A stretch of 64,000 nt of DNA from Paramoeba atlantica (lineage: Eukaryota; Protista; Discosea), in the NCBI GenBank assembly GCA_977017575.1, contig CDRNVI010000008.1, forward strand, positions 232,140 to 296,139. The letters are read 5' to 3'. Under the pieces are notes generated by a model that was given only the letters and a program-made list of their open reading frames with translations, did not search any database and had not been told where the DNA came from. This document shows, piece after piece, positions 9,092-19,811 of this stretch. The translations under genes and the position numbers were made by a program. How positions within the stretch are numbered: the stretch's first letter is position 1; each line of letters begins with the position of its first letter.

Positions 9092-10550
9092 TACTTTAAA
9101 TCAACGAACGCTCAGCTAAAGCAAAAGAATCAGGCGGCAAAGGATGCACGCAGCAGAGATTTGCACTCAAGTCAAAAAGAGCAAAAGAGGAAAAACAAAA
9201 ATATATAGGCGCTTTCTAATTAATAGTAAATGTTTGTTTAGCTTCTCCTACCTTCATATGCACATTGTTTATGATTTTTAACAATTGAATGAGTTTTCTT
9301 TAAAAAAAAGGGTCGCTCTTACGTCGAATTTCTAGAACTCGCGTTTCGACCAAGTCTTTTCTTCCGCTTAAATTCAACCAGGACCGGTGGGATCGGCCGA
9401 GATCGACCGGGATCGTAAATCTCTAGTTTCAGCCCTCTAATTATTACGTTCCTTAATTTTTAGGCTCTTCGTTAAACGCGGTGGTTGTTTTCAACTTAGA
9501 AGTCACTCATGCTGCGCGCTTCGCGTTGAACCTTGAGCAAGGCTTACGTTTTGCGTTTCCTACCGGTACACTTTTGTCATGTATAGGTCACATGATCAAT
9601 TGCGTTTGTAAGACAGTTTTCAAGTCCTACGAAGAGTCTGCTTCTTTTAAATTTAAGAAAGCGTTCTCTCAAGCCTTTTATTCTTCCGGGAAGGTAGTGC
9701 TTCAAAGGGGAAGTACAAAGGTGTAGCGCTCGGGATGAAATTAGCTAAATGTGACGAGTCCTTCTTAAGAGCGTCGTCCAATTTTCGGACGTACTACAGT
9801 AGGTTCGGGGAGCGCTGCCTCAAACGCTATCGCCCAGGCCTAGAAAAGGGTGTTGTTGAAAGCCTTAGAGTTTTACAATCTGTAATCCCTAGTGAATCTC
9901 AGGAACTGCTCGCAAAGTTGGATCCATGTATGAACTTGATCAGTGCACAAGGTCCCGGGAGTTGTACTACCAAGGCAGTGAAGACTTACCACACAGTGAA
10001 GAATACTTCCATTAAATTTCAACTTCTTACCCCTTCCGGACTCGTTCTCCATTTAAGTAACATCCCTCCCGCTGTACAAATTAGAATCCCGGATAGAACT
10101 CTTCATCCCTTCCCGACTCGTTCTCCATGTAACTAACATCCCTCTCGCTAAAAATATTTGCTTTCAGAATAGCAAGCTAACAAGCGAGCGAGAGATACCC
10201 ACACCAAGTTTTTGAATACGTTTACTATCCTAGTACGGTAGTTAGTACGTACTAGTACGAAAATAGGGGTCCGTACTAGATTTAGTACATCGTACCGTAC
10301 TATGCACATGTGTGCAGTATTAATTTGAAGGTACCTACTTCGTTTTTATGCATCAATAAATTGTGTTTTTCGTCTAAAAAATCTTACCTCGAAATTGCAA
10401 AAAAACTGTTCACATGTTTTTTTTACTTGCACCCGATCACACTTTTGTTACAAAGCTGATTGAGTCGGAAGCTCTATGGCAACATATACGTAGTATATGT
10501 AAATTTTATATACATGTATGGAGTACTCACGCGTACACTACTCTGATATG

Positions 10551-12154
10551 AACCAGGGGACGGAATAATATTAAGATGCGGTTTATTATTAAGTTGCGGC
10601 TTATTATTAAGTTAGACAAGTTATTATTAAGCTAGACAGGTTATTATTAAGCTGGACAAGTTATTATTAAGTTGTCAAGTTATTATTAAGTTTGTGTTTT
10701 TCGATGGGAGAAGGAGATTCTTGGAGCTCGAGAGAACGATGCTTTGATAACAACCGAGATGGTGCGCCAAGAGGCATTTCGCATGCTGAAAAAGGAAAAC
10801 CGCAAATCACCAGAGCAGAACAAAACACGGGGGATTACAAGAGTAAGCGAACGTTGGATAGGTAGATTCCTCCACTCTTACAAATGGTCTATAAGATTAG
10901 TAAAGAGATCAACTCAGCTATCAAGTGAAGAGATAAAGAAAAGAATTCATTCCTTTCATGCGTTTGCCTATGGTTGTCTTAAAACAAAAAAGTTTCGTTC
11001 CGTTCTGAATTTTGATGAAATTCCCATATCATTTCGCGGGTCCATGAAATCTTTAAAAACAATTGCACAGCGAGGAGAAGAAGATGTGCGAGGGCGTTGC
11101 AATCCGGATGATATGAAGCGATGCGCAACGCTTATCTGCGGTGCTGGCGTGAAACTGGATAAAAATGGAAGTCCAAAGAGTCATTTCTTTCTAAAACCTT
11201 TTATCGTGTGGAAAGGAGCTGGAAATGGATCTAGTCACGAGATATTTGATGCGAGGACGGCTCGAGCTTTTACTCCGAAAGGTGTCGTGAACAAAGATTT
11301 TTTTCTCCAAGACTTTATTCCCTTTCTCAAACGTGAACTGGATATAAATGACGCAGGCCACACTTTAATTTATCTAGACTCCTGCCGATCTCACATAACA
11401 AGTGACGTTCTCGATGCGTTTGCCACTGTGGCTAACTGCTATTGTGCCATATTACCCCCTGCAACAACATCCTGGATCCAATGGATTGATGTATTTTATG
11501 CTTCTTCGTACAAACGCGAGCAAGTAAACATTTGGCACAGAGAACAACATATCCGTCGGACCGCCCGCCAAAAAAGACAATGGATACATAATGCCGTTGC
11601 CCGAGCGCACGAACAAGTTATAAACCTCGACAACGACTCTCTTGATGAATCAAGGACCCTTTCCTCTTCTATGAACGTTGTTCAACAATTCAAAAGCTTG
11701 GGGTATATCGACCCTTGTGATGCATCGTGGTCGCATGTGAAATGTTTAGAAGGATATGTCTTTGTTCCACCAAGCGATGACGATGAGAGAGACGAAGCTA
11801 AGGGAATCGAAGATGCCTTTAAGCGTGGGAAAAGCGTCCAGGCACGAAAGTCATTCCAAGGACGGCTCGATAAATGGTGTAACCCACGACGCTCCACCGA
11901 ATAAAGGTAAAGAAAAGAAAGATTTATGAAGTTTATGAAGTCGGGTAAAGATTCAGATAAAAAAAATATTGTTAAAGATTGCATACATAAAAAAACAATT
12001 TGTTAATTTTATTACAAACTTAATAATAACCCGCCGACAAGTTAATATTAAGTTTCAAAACGTTGACAGGTTATTATTAAGTTTGACAGGTTGTTATTAA
12101 GTTGTCAAGTTATTATTAAGTTTCAACAACTTAATATTATTCCGTCCCCCGGTT
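10551..12154 (+). mobile_element. pogo-family DNA transposon, internally deleted at the transposase N-terminus
   Basis: 25-bp TIR AACC(A/G)GGGGACGGAATAATATTAAG (10551-10575, 12130-12154). Multiple TTATTATTAAG subterminal repeats. TA on the right, TG on the left. Confidence 0.88.
10744..11904 (+). CDS. pogo/Tigger-type DDE_1 transposase (partial CENP-B-type HTH plus DD36D catalytic domain)
   Basis: SERWIGRF helix, NFDEIP, LKPFIVWKG, LIYLDSCRSH, LPPATTSWIQWIDV. The frame is open only from 10690, so the N-terminus is lost. Confidence 0.85.
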   Translation: MITTEMVRQEAFRMLKKENRKSPEQNKTRGITRVSERWIGRFLHSYKWSIRLVKRSTQLSSEEIKKRIHSFHAFAYGCLKTKKFRSVLNFDEIPISFRGSMKSLKTIAQRGEEDVRGRCNPDDMKRCATLICGAGVKLDKNGSPKSHFFLKPFIVWKGAGNGSSHEIFDARTARAFTPKGVVNKDFFLQDFIPFLKRELDINDAGHTLIYLDSCRSHITSDVLDAFATVANCYCAILPPATTSWIQWIDVFYASSYKREQVNIWHREQHIRRTARQKRQWIHNAVARAHEQVINLDNDSLDESRTLSSSMNVVQQFKSLGYIDPCDASWSHVKCLEGYVFVPPSDDDERDEAKGIEDAFKRGKSVQARKSFQGRLDKWCNPRRSTE

Positions 12155-12765
12155 TACTACTTCAATGCACACGACACCTGGCCAACACTTGGCAGGGAAA
12201 CACCAACAACAAAAAAGTGTCAAACATGTGAACAGTTTTTTTGTATACTGTACTTTTTTTGCCATTTTTTTCGCCAAGTTGAAATTTTCTATAATTCTCT
12301 TTTTCCGAAAAAATCCGAGCTTGGCGGACCAGTCCTGCGGATACGCGGGGGGTTCACCCCCGGGTAGGGTGGTGGAAAATACTCGCCAAGACCCTATCCC
12401 TTCTGCGGGTTTGTTTCGAAAAATAAGTTTTTCAAAAAAAATCTTGCGGTATAGACCCCCCATTTTTTTCAATTTTGGACAACCGGAGCCCCCTTCAAAA
12501 AACATTTTAATTAATTAATTAAAAAAACCACCGTAGCCCCCCCTAAAAAAAATTTTCCTTTATTATATTACCCCAAAAAAATCGGAAAATTTGACCTTGT
12601 CGAACCCCTCCTGCGCGTACCAGGGGGGGGGGGGGGAATTATCGCCGCGGCCTACCCCACCACTTCCCTACGCTCGATTTTGAAAATCAAAAAATTCGAA
12701 ACATAAATTCGCGACGTATGCCCCCCCTCCCTGAACCCCCCATTATTTTGGATGGGGGGTTCCCC

Positions 12766-12882
12766 ATGAATGGAAGCCTACCGAACGTATTGGGTGGAGA
12801 AAGCGACTCCAACCGTACCATTCTTTCGACACAAAAATGCCCCTTTAGGTCCGAAAAATATTTTTTCACCTTTTTTAGTCAA
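12766..12882. repeat. About 120-bp dispersed repeat with an inverted copy at 14940-15056
   Basis: Both copies give the same spurious MKKYFSDLKGHFCVERMV frame on opposite strands. Confidence 0.75.
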
Positions 12883-13099
12883 AAATGGGTCATTTTGAGG
12901 GGCGCACCACGGTTCGAAGAAGTGATACCTTGCGAAAACAACTGCGGAGAAAGCTAGTGTAGGTCCCAAACTATCAAAATAGAATAGGGGAAACGATTTT
13001 GGAAAAATATTTCTTTTGCCATTTTTTTCGCCAAGTTGAATTTTTTTTAGCTAGTTGGGCGATGGGGTTCAGGTAGGGGGGCGGAAAAAAAAATCCAAG

Positions 13100-14336
13100 G
13101 TTAAAGCACCACAGTCTGACAAAGATTCTGTTGCAAAGAAGTTTGTACGGCGTAAAGCGAGAGAAAGACGCGAGAGAAAACCACTTTCAGAAAAACGGAA
13201 GAGGCGGGCCATAGGGTACACGACAATGAGTTACGCGATAGGGAAGATTTGCTTGCAATGGAGCTTGATCCATGTTCGACGCAACTAACGACAACCCAAA
13301 TACAGACTGCGTCCGCTGGATCCACGATTCACGACCAAGCTGCCCCCTATCCCTAGGGTGGAGGTGGCGGAGTGGCAAGAATTCAAAGTTTGAAGCACAT
13401 GGTGCTCAGGCGGCGGGTTCAAACCCGCTCATCGAAATATTCCTGGCGGCCTCACTCTAAGAGGCTGGGCTGATAACCGACTAGGCCCAGTACTCGGAGG
13501 ACCGTCCCGGACCCTCCCCTCAGGGAACCAGCTCCCTTACCTGGCTTACACCTCTTGGGTGAGCCGTGTTGACGTACAGTTCGTCGACGCAGCGTGTTGG
13601 CAACAGCACGTTGGTGCCGCCTTGGACAAGCGGAAACTGGTAGAGGACGTCGGCCTCGGAACTTCCAAATCTGTCTGTGAAGGGTCTGGCTTGCCAGTGA
13701 CCATCCGGAGCAATCCGGAATGATTTGGATTTTTGGATTTTTTTTGCCCCCTATCCCCCATCATCGCAACAACGAGGAATGCCCCCAGCAACCAATTCTG
13801 CAGAGAACGCTGTCTCAGCAGAATTGAGTCAAGGACAACGGGAAGATGGGTACTCCGGCTCACAAGGCGCATCTTTTCCCCTCAACGGAGACGATTCTCG
13901 ACAGTGCCCGGCTCAGGGATGTTCATGACGGAGCTTGCCAAACGTGTCGTGGCAAGCTTTTTACAACCACGTCGCTTGCCGGCACGGAAGCAGCATTCCC
14001 GCAGAGTGGTGGGATGGAGAAGGTCGCTTCCTTTGTTCTTCTTGCGGGCGAAACTACGGCAAAAACAAACGTTCATATCACCCCCATAGCTGCAAAGCAA
14101 CAATGGCCTCTCCGCCATCCGAGCTTCATGCGCAAACCCTTCCTGACGCGGAGAGCCCAGGACGGAGAGCCGTAATCACTCAGTTTGAGATTCCATCTTC
14201 ATCAACTATCTGCTCGCTACCGCTTAGTACATGCAAGGACGCACCACATCGATGCCGAAAAAAAAAAAATCGATGCCGCCAGCTGTGGGGTGAAATTCTT
14301 ACGGAGACCATGGATAACGCCGTCAAAAACAATTCA
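13100..14336 (+). pseudogene. CRE-clade non-LTR retrotransposon N-terminal fragment (C2H2 zinc fingers), split by a SINE
   Basis: The frame rejoins across the SINE TSD (DQAAPYP|PSSQQ). CPAQGC...FYNHVACRH and FLCSSCG...HPHSC fingers, then IPSSSTICSLPLSTCKDAPHRCR..LWGEIL, resembling the pre-RT region of CRE ORFs. Confidence 0.6.
13356..13744 (+). mobile_element. tRNA-derived SINE, full length
   Basis: A box TGGCGGAGTGG, B box GGGTTCAAACCC, tail GATTTGGATTTTTGGATTT, 13-bp TSD TGCCCCCTATCCC (13341-13353, 13745-13757). Confidence 0.92.
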
Positions 14337-14400
14337 CTATTATTAAGTTGTCAAGTTATTATTAAGTTTCAACAACTTAATATTATTCCGCTCCCCGGTT
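14337..14400. mobile_element. Solo right end of the pogo element
   Basis: TATTAAGTTGTCAAGTTATTATTAAGTTTCAACAACTTAATATTATTCCGCTCCCCGGTT|TA matches about 12095-12154. Confidence 0.85.
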
Positions 14401-14722
14401 TACACGCGGCACATCTTCAGATACAGGTTCTAGCTGTGAAAGTGATTTTCTTCTCTTTCCTATTTCATTACCAGTCTACTTAACATACCTATACCTTGAT
14501 AACAAACCTATACCTTGATAACATACCGGGGGAGTATGTTAAATGGGTATGTGGTTTATATGACGTTTTTTCGATCAGATACCTAAACACCCCCTACTGG
14601 TAATGAATTCAAAATCCTAGGTCAAAACACTGGGACCTGTTATACCTGTATACGCTTTGGTTTCATTCGATAAGTCTTCACCCTGTACTGGTAATACACT
14701 TACAAAGGCCAACATTCAACTT

Positions 14723-14935
14723 GAAGTGTGTGACACGCGAGGCCGAAGAGGAATGAGGAGGCGCAAGGAAAAAAGGCAGAAGGCGGTGCCTTCTGTCTTT
14801 TTGCCGCGGCGACGACGACTTCCTCGCGTGGGAAGCTGTAAGGGGTCCTAGGGAGCATGTTTCAATGGCTATGTAACCCAGGCTAAAGTGGACGAGGGAG
14901 ATACCAAAGGCGCCTTTGGAAAACGACCACAAAAC
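14723..14935 (+). repeat. Family B module (with 15-bp-stem hairpin) plus half foldback
   Basis: AAAAAGGCAGAAGGC-GGT-GCCTTCTGTCTTTTT hairpin, then ...CTATGTAACCCAGGCTAAAGTGGACGAGGGAGATAC. Inverted full copy at 52992-53339. Confidence 0.8.
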
Positions 14936-15510
14936 TTTGACTAAAAAAAGGTGAAAAAGTATTTTTCGGACCTAAAGGGGCACTTTTGTGTCGAAAGAAT
15001 GGTGTGGTTGGAGTCGCGTTCTCTACTCAATACGTTCGGTAGGCTTCCATTCATGCCTACGAGTGATTTCCCACGCGCAAATATCGGATTTAGTGCTCTG
15101 AGAGTCAAAATACGCGAAAATCACCCCATTTTTACCCGAAATTCGGCTATTTTTAGCTATAATCTTTCCGTTTTCCAGGCTAAATTTTCTTTTTTAGGCT
15201 CTTCGTTAAACGCGGCGGTAGTTTTCAACGCGAAGCGCGCAGCATGAGTGACTTCTAAGTTGAAAACAACCACCGCGTTTAACGAAGAGCCTAAAAAAGA
15301 AAATAGTTACCGTCCGATCCATAATTAAGGAATTTCTTTTTTAGGCTCTTCGTTAAACGCGGTGGTTGTTTTCAGAAGTGTGTGTTCCGCGCAAAACTCT
15401 CACTGAACCATCCGTGTAGAAATGTACAGATTTAAGTTTGGTGAATGGAACGCTAGATTCTTCAATAAATTGCAGATCTTTATACCGTCCGATCCATAAT
15501 TACTGCGGTG

Positions 15511-15903
15511 AAAAATCATTCCAAAAAAAAAAATCCAAATCATTCCGGATTGCTCCGGATGGTCACTGGCAAGCCAGACCCTTCACAGACAGATTTGGAA
15601 GTTCCGAGGCCGACGTCCTCTACCAGTTTCCGCTTGCCCAAGGCGGCACCAACGTGATGTTGCCAACACGCTGCGTCGACGAACTGTACGTCAACACGGC
15701 TTACCCAAGAGGTGTAAGCCGGGTAAGGGAGCTGGTTCCCTGAGGGGAGGGTCCGGGACGGTCCTCCGAGTACTGGACCTAGTCGGTTATCAGCCCAGCC
15801 TCTTAGAGTGAGGCCGCCAGGAATATTGGGATGAGCGGGTTTGAACTCGCCGTCTGAGCACCATGTGCTTCAAACTTTGAATTCTTGCCACTCCGCCACC
15901 TCC
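15511..15903 (-). mobile_element. tRNA-derived SINE, full length
   Basis: Reverse complement of the consensus; head GGAGGTGGCGGAGTGG at 15903. Confidence 0.9.
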
Positions 15904-15911
15904 GCCCTAAA

Positions 15912-16027
15912 GAGTACAACACTCAGGGTTCCCGAGCGATCGCTCACCTCAGTACTAACTGAGCCTGGCGGTGCTTAACCTCACAAAGAACAGGATGTGG
16001 TGTTTTCACCGTAGTATGGCCGTACAA
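15912..16027 (-). rRNA. 5S rRNA gene or pseudogene (116 nt, short deletion in loop C)
   Basis: Minus strand TTGTACGGCCATACTACGGTGAAAACACCACATCCTGTTCTTTGTGAGGTTAAGCACCGCCAGGCTCAGTTAGTACTGAGGTGAGCGATCGCTCGGGAACCCTGAGTGTTGTACTC. Helix I pairs (GTACGGC/GTTGTAC) and the GTTAAGC and TTAGTACT motifs are present. Confidence 0.85.
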
Positions 16028-16034
16028 CCTGCAG

Positions 16035-16356
16035 GTTGGTGGTTAGATTCCCGCTATCGACAAAACTCGCAACCTGGCGGCCTCACTCAAGGGGAAGCGA
16101 TCAGGAGTTCCTCCAAGGCCCATACTCAACCCCGCTCCCCTGGAGGACCGATCTGGAACCGCCGAGCTGAACCAGGCTCCGGCGCAACCGCTAAATTGCG
16201 ATCTGCCTACGCAAAGGAGGCTTGAGACACAGCCTAAACGATTCGAGGCGGTTGGACGCCCGTCCTGGTAGCTACGGTTGCGTAGCCGTTCTCGGGCTGC
16301 AAGGTGTCGAGTGCCGTCTGGGAAGGGGGTAGCAAGACAATGAAGGTCAGTGACCT
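16035..16356 (+). mobile_element. Diverged, headless relative of the SINE (second subfamily)
   Basis: Collinear blocks shared with the SINE: CCCGCT(C)ATCG, GGCGGCCTCACTC, AGGCCCA(G)TACTC, GGAGGACCG, GTCTG(G/T)GAAGGG, CAGTGACC. Confidence 0.6.
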
Positions 16357-16365
16357 GAAACTCTA

Positions 16366-16904
16366 CCCTAACGGTTGGCGCTGCAGAGCCCTCCGTGTCT
16401 TCTTCTTTTTCTTCTTCTTCATCTTCTTCTTCTTCTTCTTCTTCTTCTTCTTCCGCAAGGAATACATAGATGCATTCCTTGGCAATGTTGTGCCACATGT
16501 TTGGTCATAGCCTCTTTTTCAAGAGGTGTTTCGGAACACCTGGTATGTGTTTTCCGTTTCAAGGACGTTTTCTGTCCAAAGAAAAGCTGTCCAAAAAAAG
16601 CTTCTGCGGGTTTTGTTCGAAAAAAGTTTTTTTCAAAAAAAGTTCGTGCGGTATCCCCCCCCCACTAGACCCCCTCCATGGACGCCCCCCATGGACCCCC
16701 CATTTTTTTCATTTTTTTTTTAAATTTTGGCCCTTTTTGATCTTTTGCACAAAGTTGAGCTTCGGGATTCGGAAGGTCACTTTCGAGAAGAATAACTCAC
16801 CAATTGTAATAAGTTGATCGTCGTTCGTTCGCTTTTTGTACCTTTTTATGCACTCTTCTTGAGCTTCCGTACTGACTGAAAAATCTTAAAAAGGAAGACG
16901 ATCA
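16366..16904. mobile_element. Left part of a TA-TSD MITE, truncated by the LINE; contains a (TTC)n microsatellite
   Basis: Same left TIR CCCTAACGGTTGGCGCTGCAGAGCCCTC as the intact copy at 50660-51308. Confidence 0.8.
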
Positions 16905-19811
16905 CAACAACACAACAACAAAGACACTGATATTTGAATATCAGTTAAAGGGTCTGTAATTTACACCATAAAATAGAACCCACCTACGTACAAGCTCACT
17001 TGGCTTTTACGCGTAGAAGCATCTTCTACGACCATGACATACATACTTCCTCATTACTTTCTTTGGTAAATAACCCGTTAGGTGCGAATGCGGCTTCCGG
17101 CGCTTTGCTTTCATAACCATTTGACTTCCTTATCTGTTGGCTCTATATTCCTGTTTTTGCCTAGGGCAAAGAGCGAAAAAGCTTAATAAATCCAAACCTT
17201 ATTGACAAAATCAATATCCTATCTCTCTTCTTCATAAAACGTATATTAATACTAATGGCATAGTGTATTTAACGACTTCCCTTAGCATGGTTTTGCTTTC
17301 CTTATTTGCTCAATGAGATCTCCTGGTAGATTTTTGCGTCTTGCTTTCATCCTCTCTAAGCGAGCGTTTTCTCTGAGGGGTTCTTCCCGTAAGTACTGAT
17401 ATGCAAACTGGGATCTCATTCTTGACGCGTGTGTCTTCTGCACTCTTGCGCAGTTTTATGCCAATTTTTTCATTGGTTTTGGTTGATTTCCCCTTCGAAC
17501 GGGTGCGTTTCAATGTTTTTGATGAAGGGGTTCTACTAACAACTTCATTTTGAGAAAGAGCCTCAGATTTTGGAGGATCGGGTGTTTCCTCTTCAGCCCT
17601 CACCTGTGTAAATGCAAAAACTGGCAAAGTCCGTTTTTGTAACGATTTGAACATTTGGTCTGTGTTCAGTGGGGTCATGTTTCGTCTTTTGGAGCAGGAT
17701 TTTTCTTCCAAACCACGGAAAAAAAAGGAGGCGTTTTCGTCAGACTGTTGATAAGCTCTTTTCGCAAGCCAGTCCGATGTGTCATTATGTGGGTTCCCTT
17801 CATGCCCCCTAACCTTGATGATGAACACGCGTCGGTCAGCTTCTAATTGAAAGCAGGCACGATGTATCTTTGATAAGAGGTCCGAATTTTCAAATTGGTG
17901 AAACCCGAATAGAGAAAACCTGTTCCGAATCACATGGAAAAATTCCCATACATACGCAGAGCCTGTGTGAATGATAATATCCTTCTCATGCTTCATTGCC
18001 ATCTGCAGAGCCTCATAGACAGCATAAAGTTCCGCAGCTGTTATTGTGAGTGATATTTCTGACGGAGGTTTTAGTCCTACAAGTGTCTTTTCTACCCGAT
18101 TGCCCAATAACACAATACCGCAACCTGATGAAATTCCTGTTTTCGTTGTTCTTAATGCGCCGTCTGTGTATAAATGCAAGGAATCCGTAAGGAAGTGAAA
18201 AGGCACCGCACCTTCTTCTACGAATTGTAATGACGAGTAGACTTTTTGCTTCATTGAATCCTGTTTGGTTTTTTCCCATCTTGGAGATTCTATAGGAAGA
18301 TAATTCGGACGTGGCTCAATGCGCGCCTTTAAACGATCAACATTAGAGCGCCAGCGTGTTCTGTCTTTAGAAATTTGAATAACATCGGGAACAGACAAGC
18401 CTAGATCATCGGAACAAGATTCAGACAGACAGGTTTGCGTCTTTCGTTCCGCCACACTGAAAGGAGAATCGTGTCGAAGAAGATGGCCTATAAGCTGCGC
18501 TCTCTGTATTTTCGCCACCGTGCTAAGCTTTGAATCATTTTGGTACAGAGCTTCTGTTCGAATACCCCTTTTCCCATCCCAAGTACGGCCTACACCACAC
18601 ACCATTCTGCGCATTTTGTTTACCTCAATATCTAATTCCCGGAGCCTATTGGTTGATATATCCCATGTTCCTGAATTATATTGCACTACTGGCATCACAA
18701 GTGTACGGAATACTGTCATACGGCTCGAGATTGGCAAAGGTGATTTCCAGATCGGCCTAAGTTTATGCATCAATGCCCACCCAAGTCTCATTCGTTCGTT
18801 GGGTGCAACATTTCGATCCTCGCTTTCCTGCGTGCTTCCTAGGTAGCGGTATTTGTAAACTCTGGGGATATGCCCTATACCCGGTATTATAAGTTCGCCC
18901 CCGCTATCAGAAACCTTTCCAACAGTCATCCAAGCAGTTTTATTGACCCCCAAGTTAATACTGAGGTTTTCGTTCCGAGCAGCTCGGTAAAGACTCTCTA
19001 ACATGTCAGTGAGTTCTACTTTAGATGAGGCAAATAAGACTATATCATCGGCGTAGTCGATATCCGAGATACGCAAATGTTTCTCACCACGGCTTTTCGA
19101 TCCTGTAGAATATGTTATTAAACCAGACCCTTTAGCATCGAGCGCTTCTGCCAATATCCGATCGAGTACCATGATAAACAGATAGGGTGCGAGAACGTCT
19201 CCTTGCAGAGTACCATTGGGTCATTATGGTAACACCGTAACTCCGCATGAATGCCACGGCCTGGTGTAGACGATAACTGCGACGTAGAGCAAATGCGTCC
19301 GCGGACTTGCATTTCAATGTGTCCACATTTAGGGTGCTCACCACAAACCCCCCTCTCATAGCTTGAATCTTCGGTCTCTGCTCTCGGGCGCCACGCCGAA
19401 AACAGGTTTTGCGCTTCCGATTGCGTCCGTGTAATGATTTTGGGAGTATTCCAACCCTGCCTCCCAGCACATGGACACGTTCATCTCTCGGTGGAAACGG
19501 GAGGAGCCGTCCATTCATCAAGTCGTACTTAACAAGCCAATTAGACCCGCCAAGCGAAGAATGAACAACCCCTTCCCAAAGTGTAATGCGTTTGCGGTAG
19601 GCCATGCGCCAAACAACGGCCACACGTTTTCCAACTCCAAAAACCTTCGACATCTGCAAAAGGGCCTGCTGCCGGAGTTTTCTTACACCACCCCTCTGCT
19701 TTGGTTGCAAAAAGAGGTTGCCCCGACCACACCTGGCCGTTAGGAGTTTGTCACGAACTTCCAACAAACCATCGAACGGTCCGGAGGCCTCCGCCATTTT
19801 GTATCAACGTA
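16905..19811 (-). mobile_element. Non-LTR retrotransposon copy 1 (single-ORF APE-RT-RNase H type, RTE/Ingi-like), internally deleted
   Basis: 5' part (ATG 19797; VSTLNVDTL...GVTIMT) is joined at about 19218 directly to RT motif NGTLQGD, so APE and most of RT are deleted relative to copy 2. The 3' UTR has a stem-loop ACTGATAT-TTGA-ATATCAGT (16926-16945) and a (TTG)n tail. Confidence 0.9.
17310..19172 (-). pseudogene. C-terminal RT, thumb and RNase H part of the LINE ORF
   Basis: IDYADDIVL, YKYRYLGS, FRTLVMPVVQY, KDRTRWRSNV, then RNase H: LYTDGA, AAELYAV, IHTGSAY, KVRGHEGNPHNDTSDWLAK. Confidence 0.9.

Larger units (their letters stand above)
15511..16904 (+). repeat. About 1.39-kb direct duplication, copy D1 (D2 = 49823-51203)
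   Basis: Near-identical SINE + 5S + diverged SINE + MITE block; identity ends at AAGGAAGACGATCA. Confidence 0.92.

Noticed and set aside
9481-10136. ORFs of 81 and 133 aa
   Set aside because: No recognisable motif on either strand; could be decayed TE coding sequence but unsupported.
13440-13520. 5S-derived segment or hammerhead/HDV ribozyme within the SINE body
   Set aside because: AGTACTCGGAGGACCG only loosely resembles the 5S C box, and CTGATAA lacks the hammerhead core partners. I could not build an HDV fold by eye. An Infernal search would settle it.
16043-16498. Poly-Glu ORF (also 50337-50804)
   Set aside because: Arises from a (TTC)n microsatellite inside a MITE and reads through SINE-like sequence.
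19210-19225. LINE internal deletion as a spliced intron
   Set aside because: The deleted segment begins TG and ends GC on the sense strand, not GT...AG.
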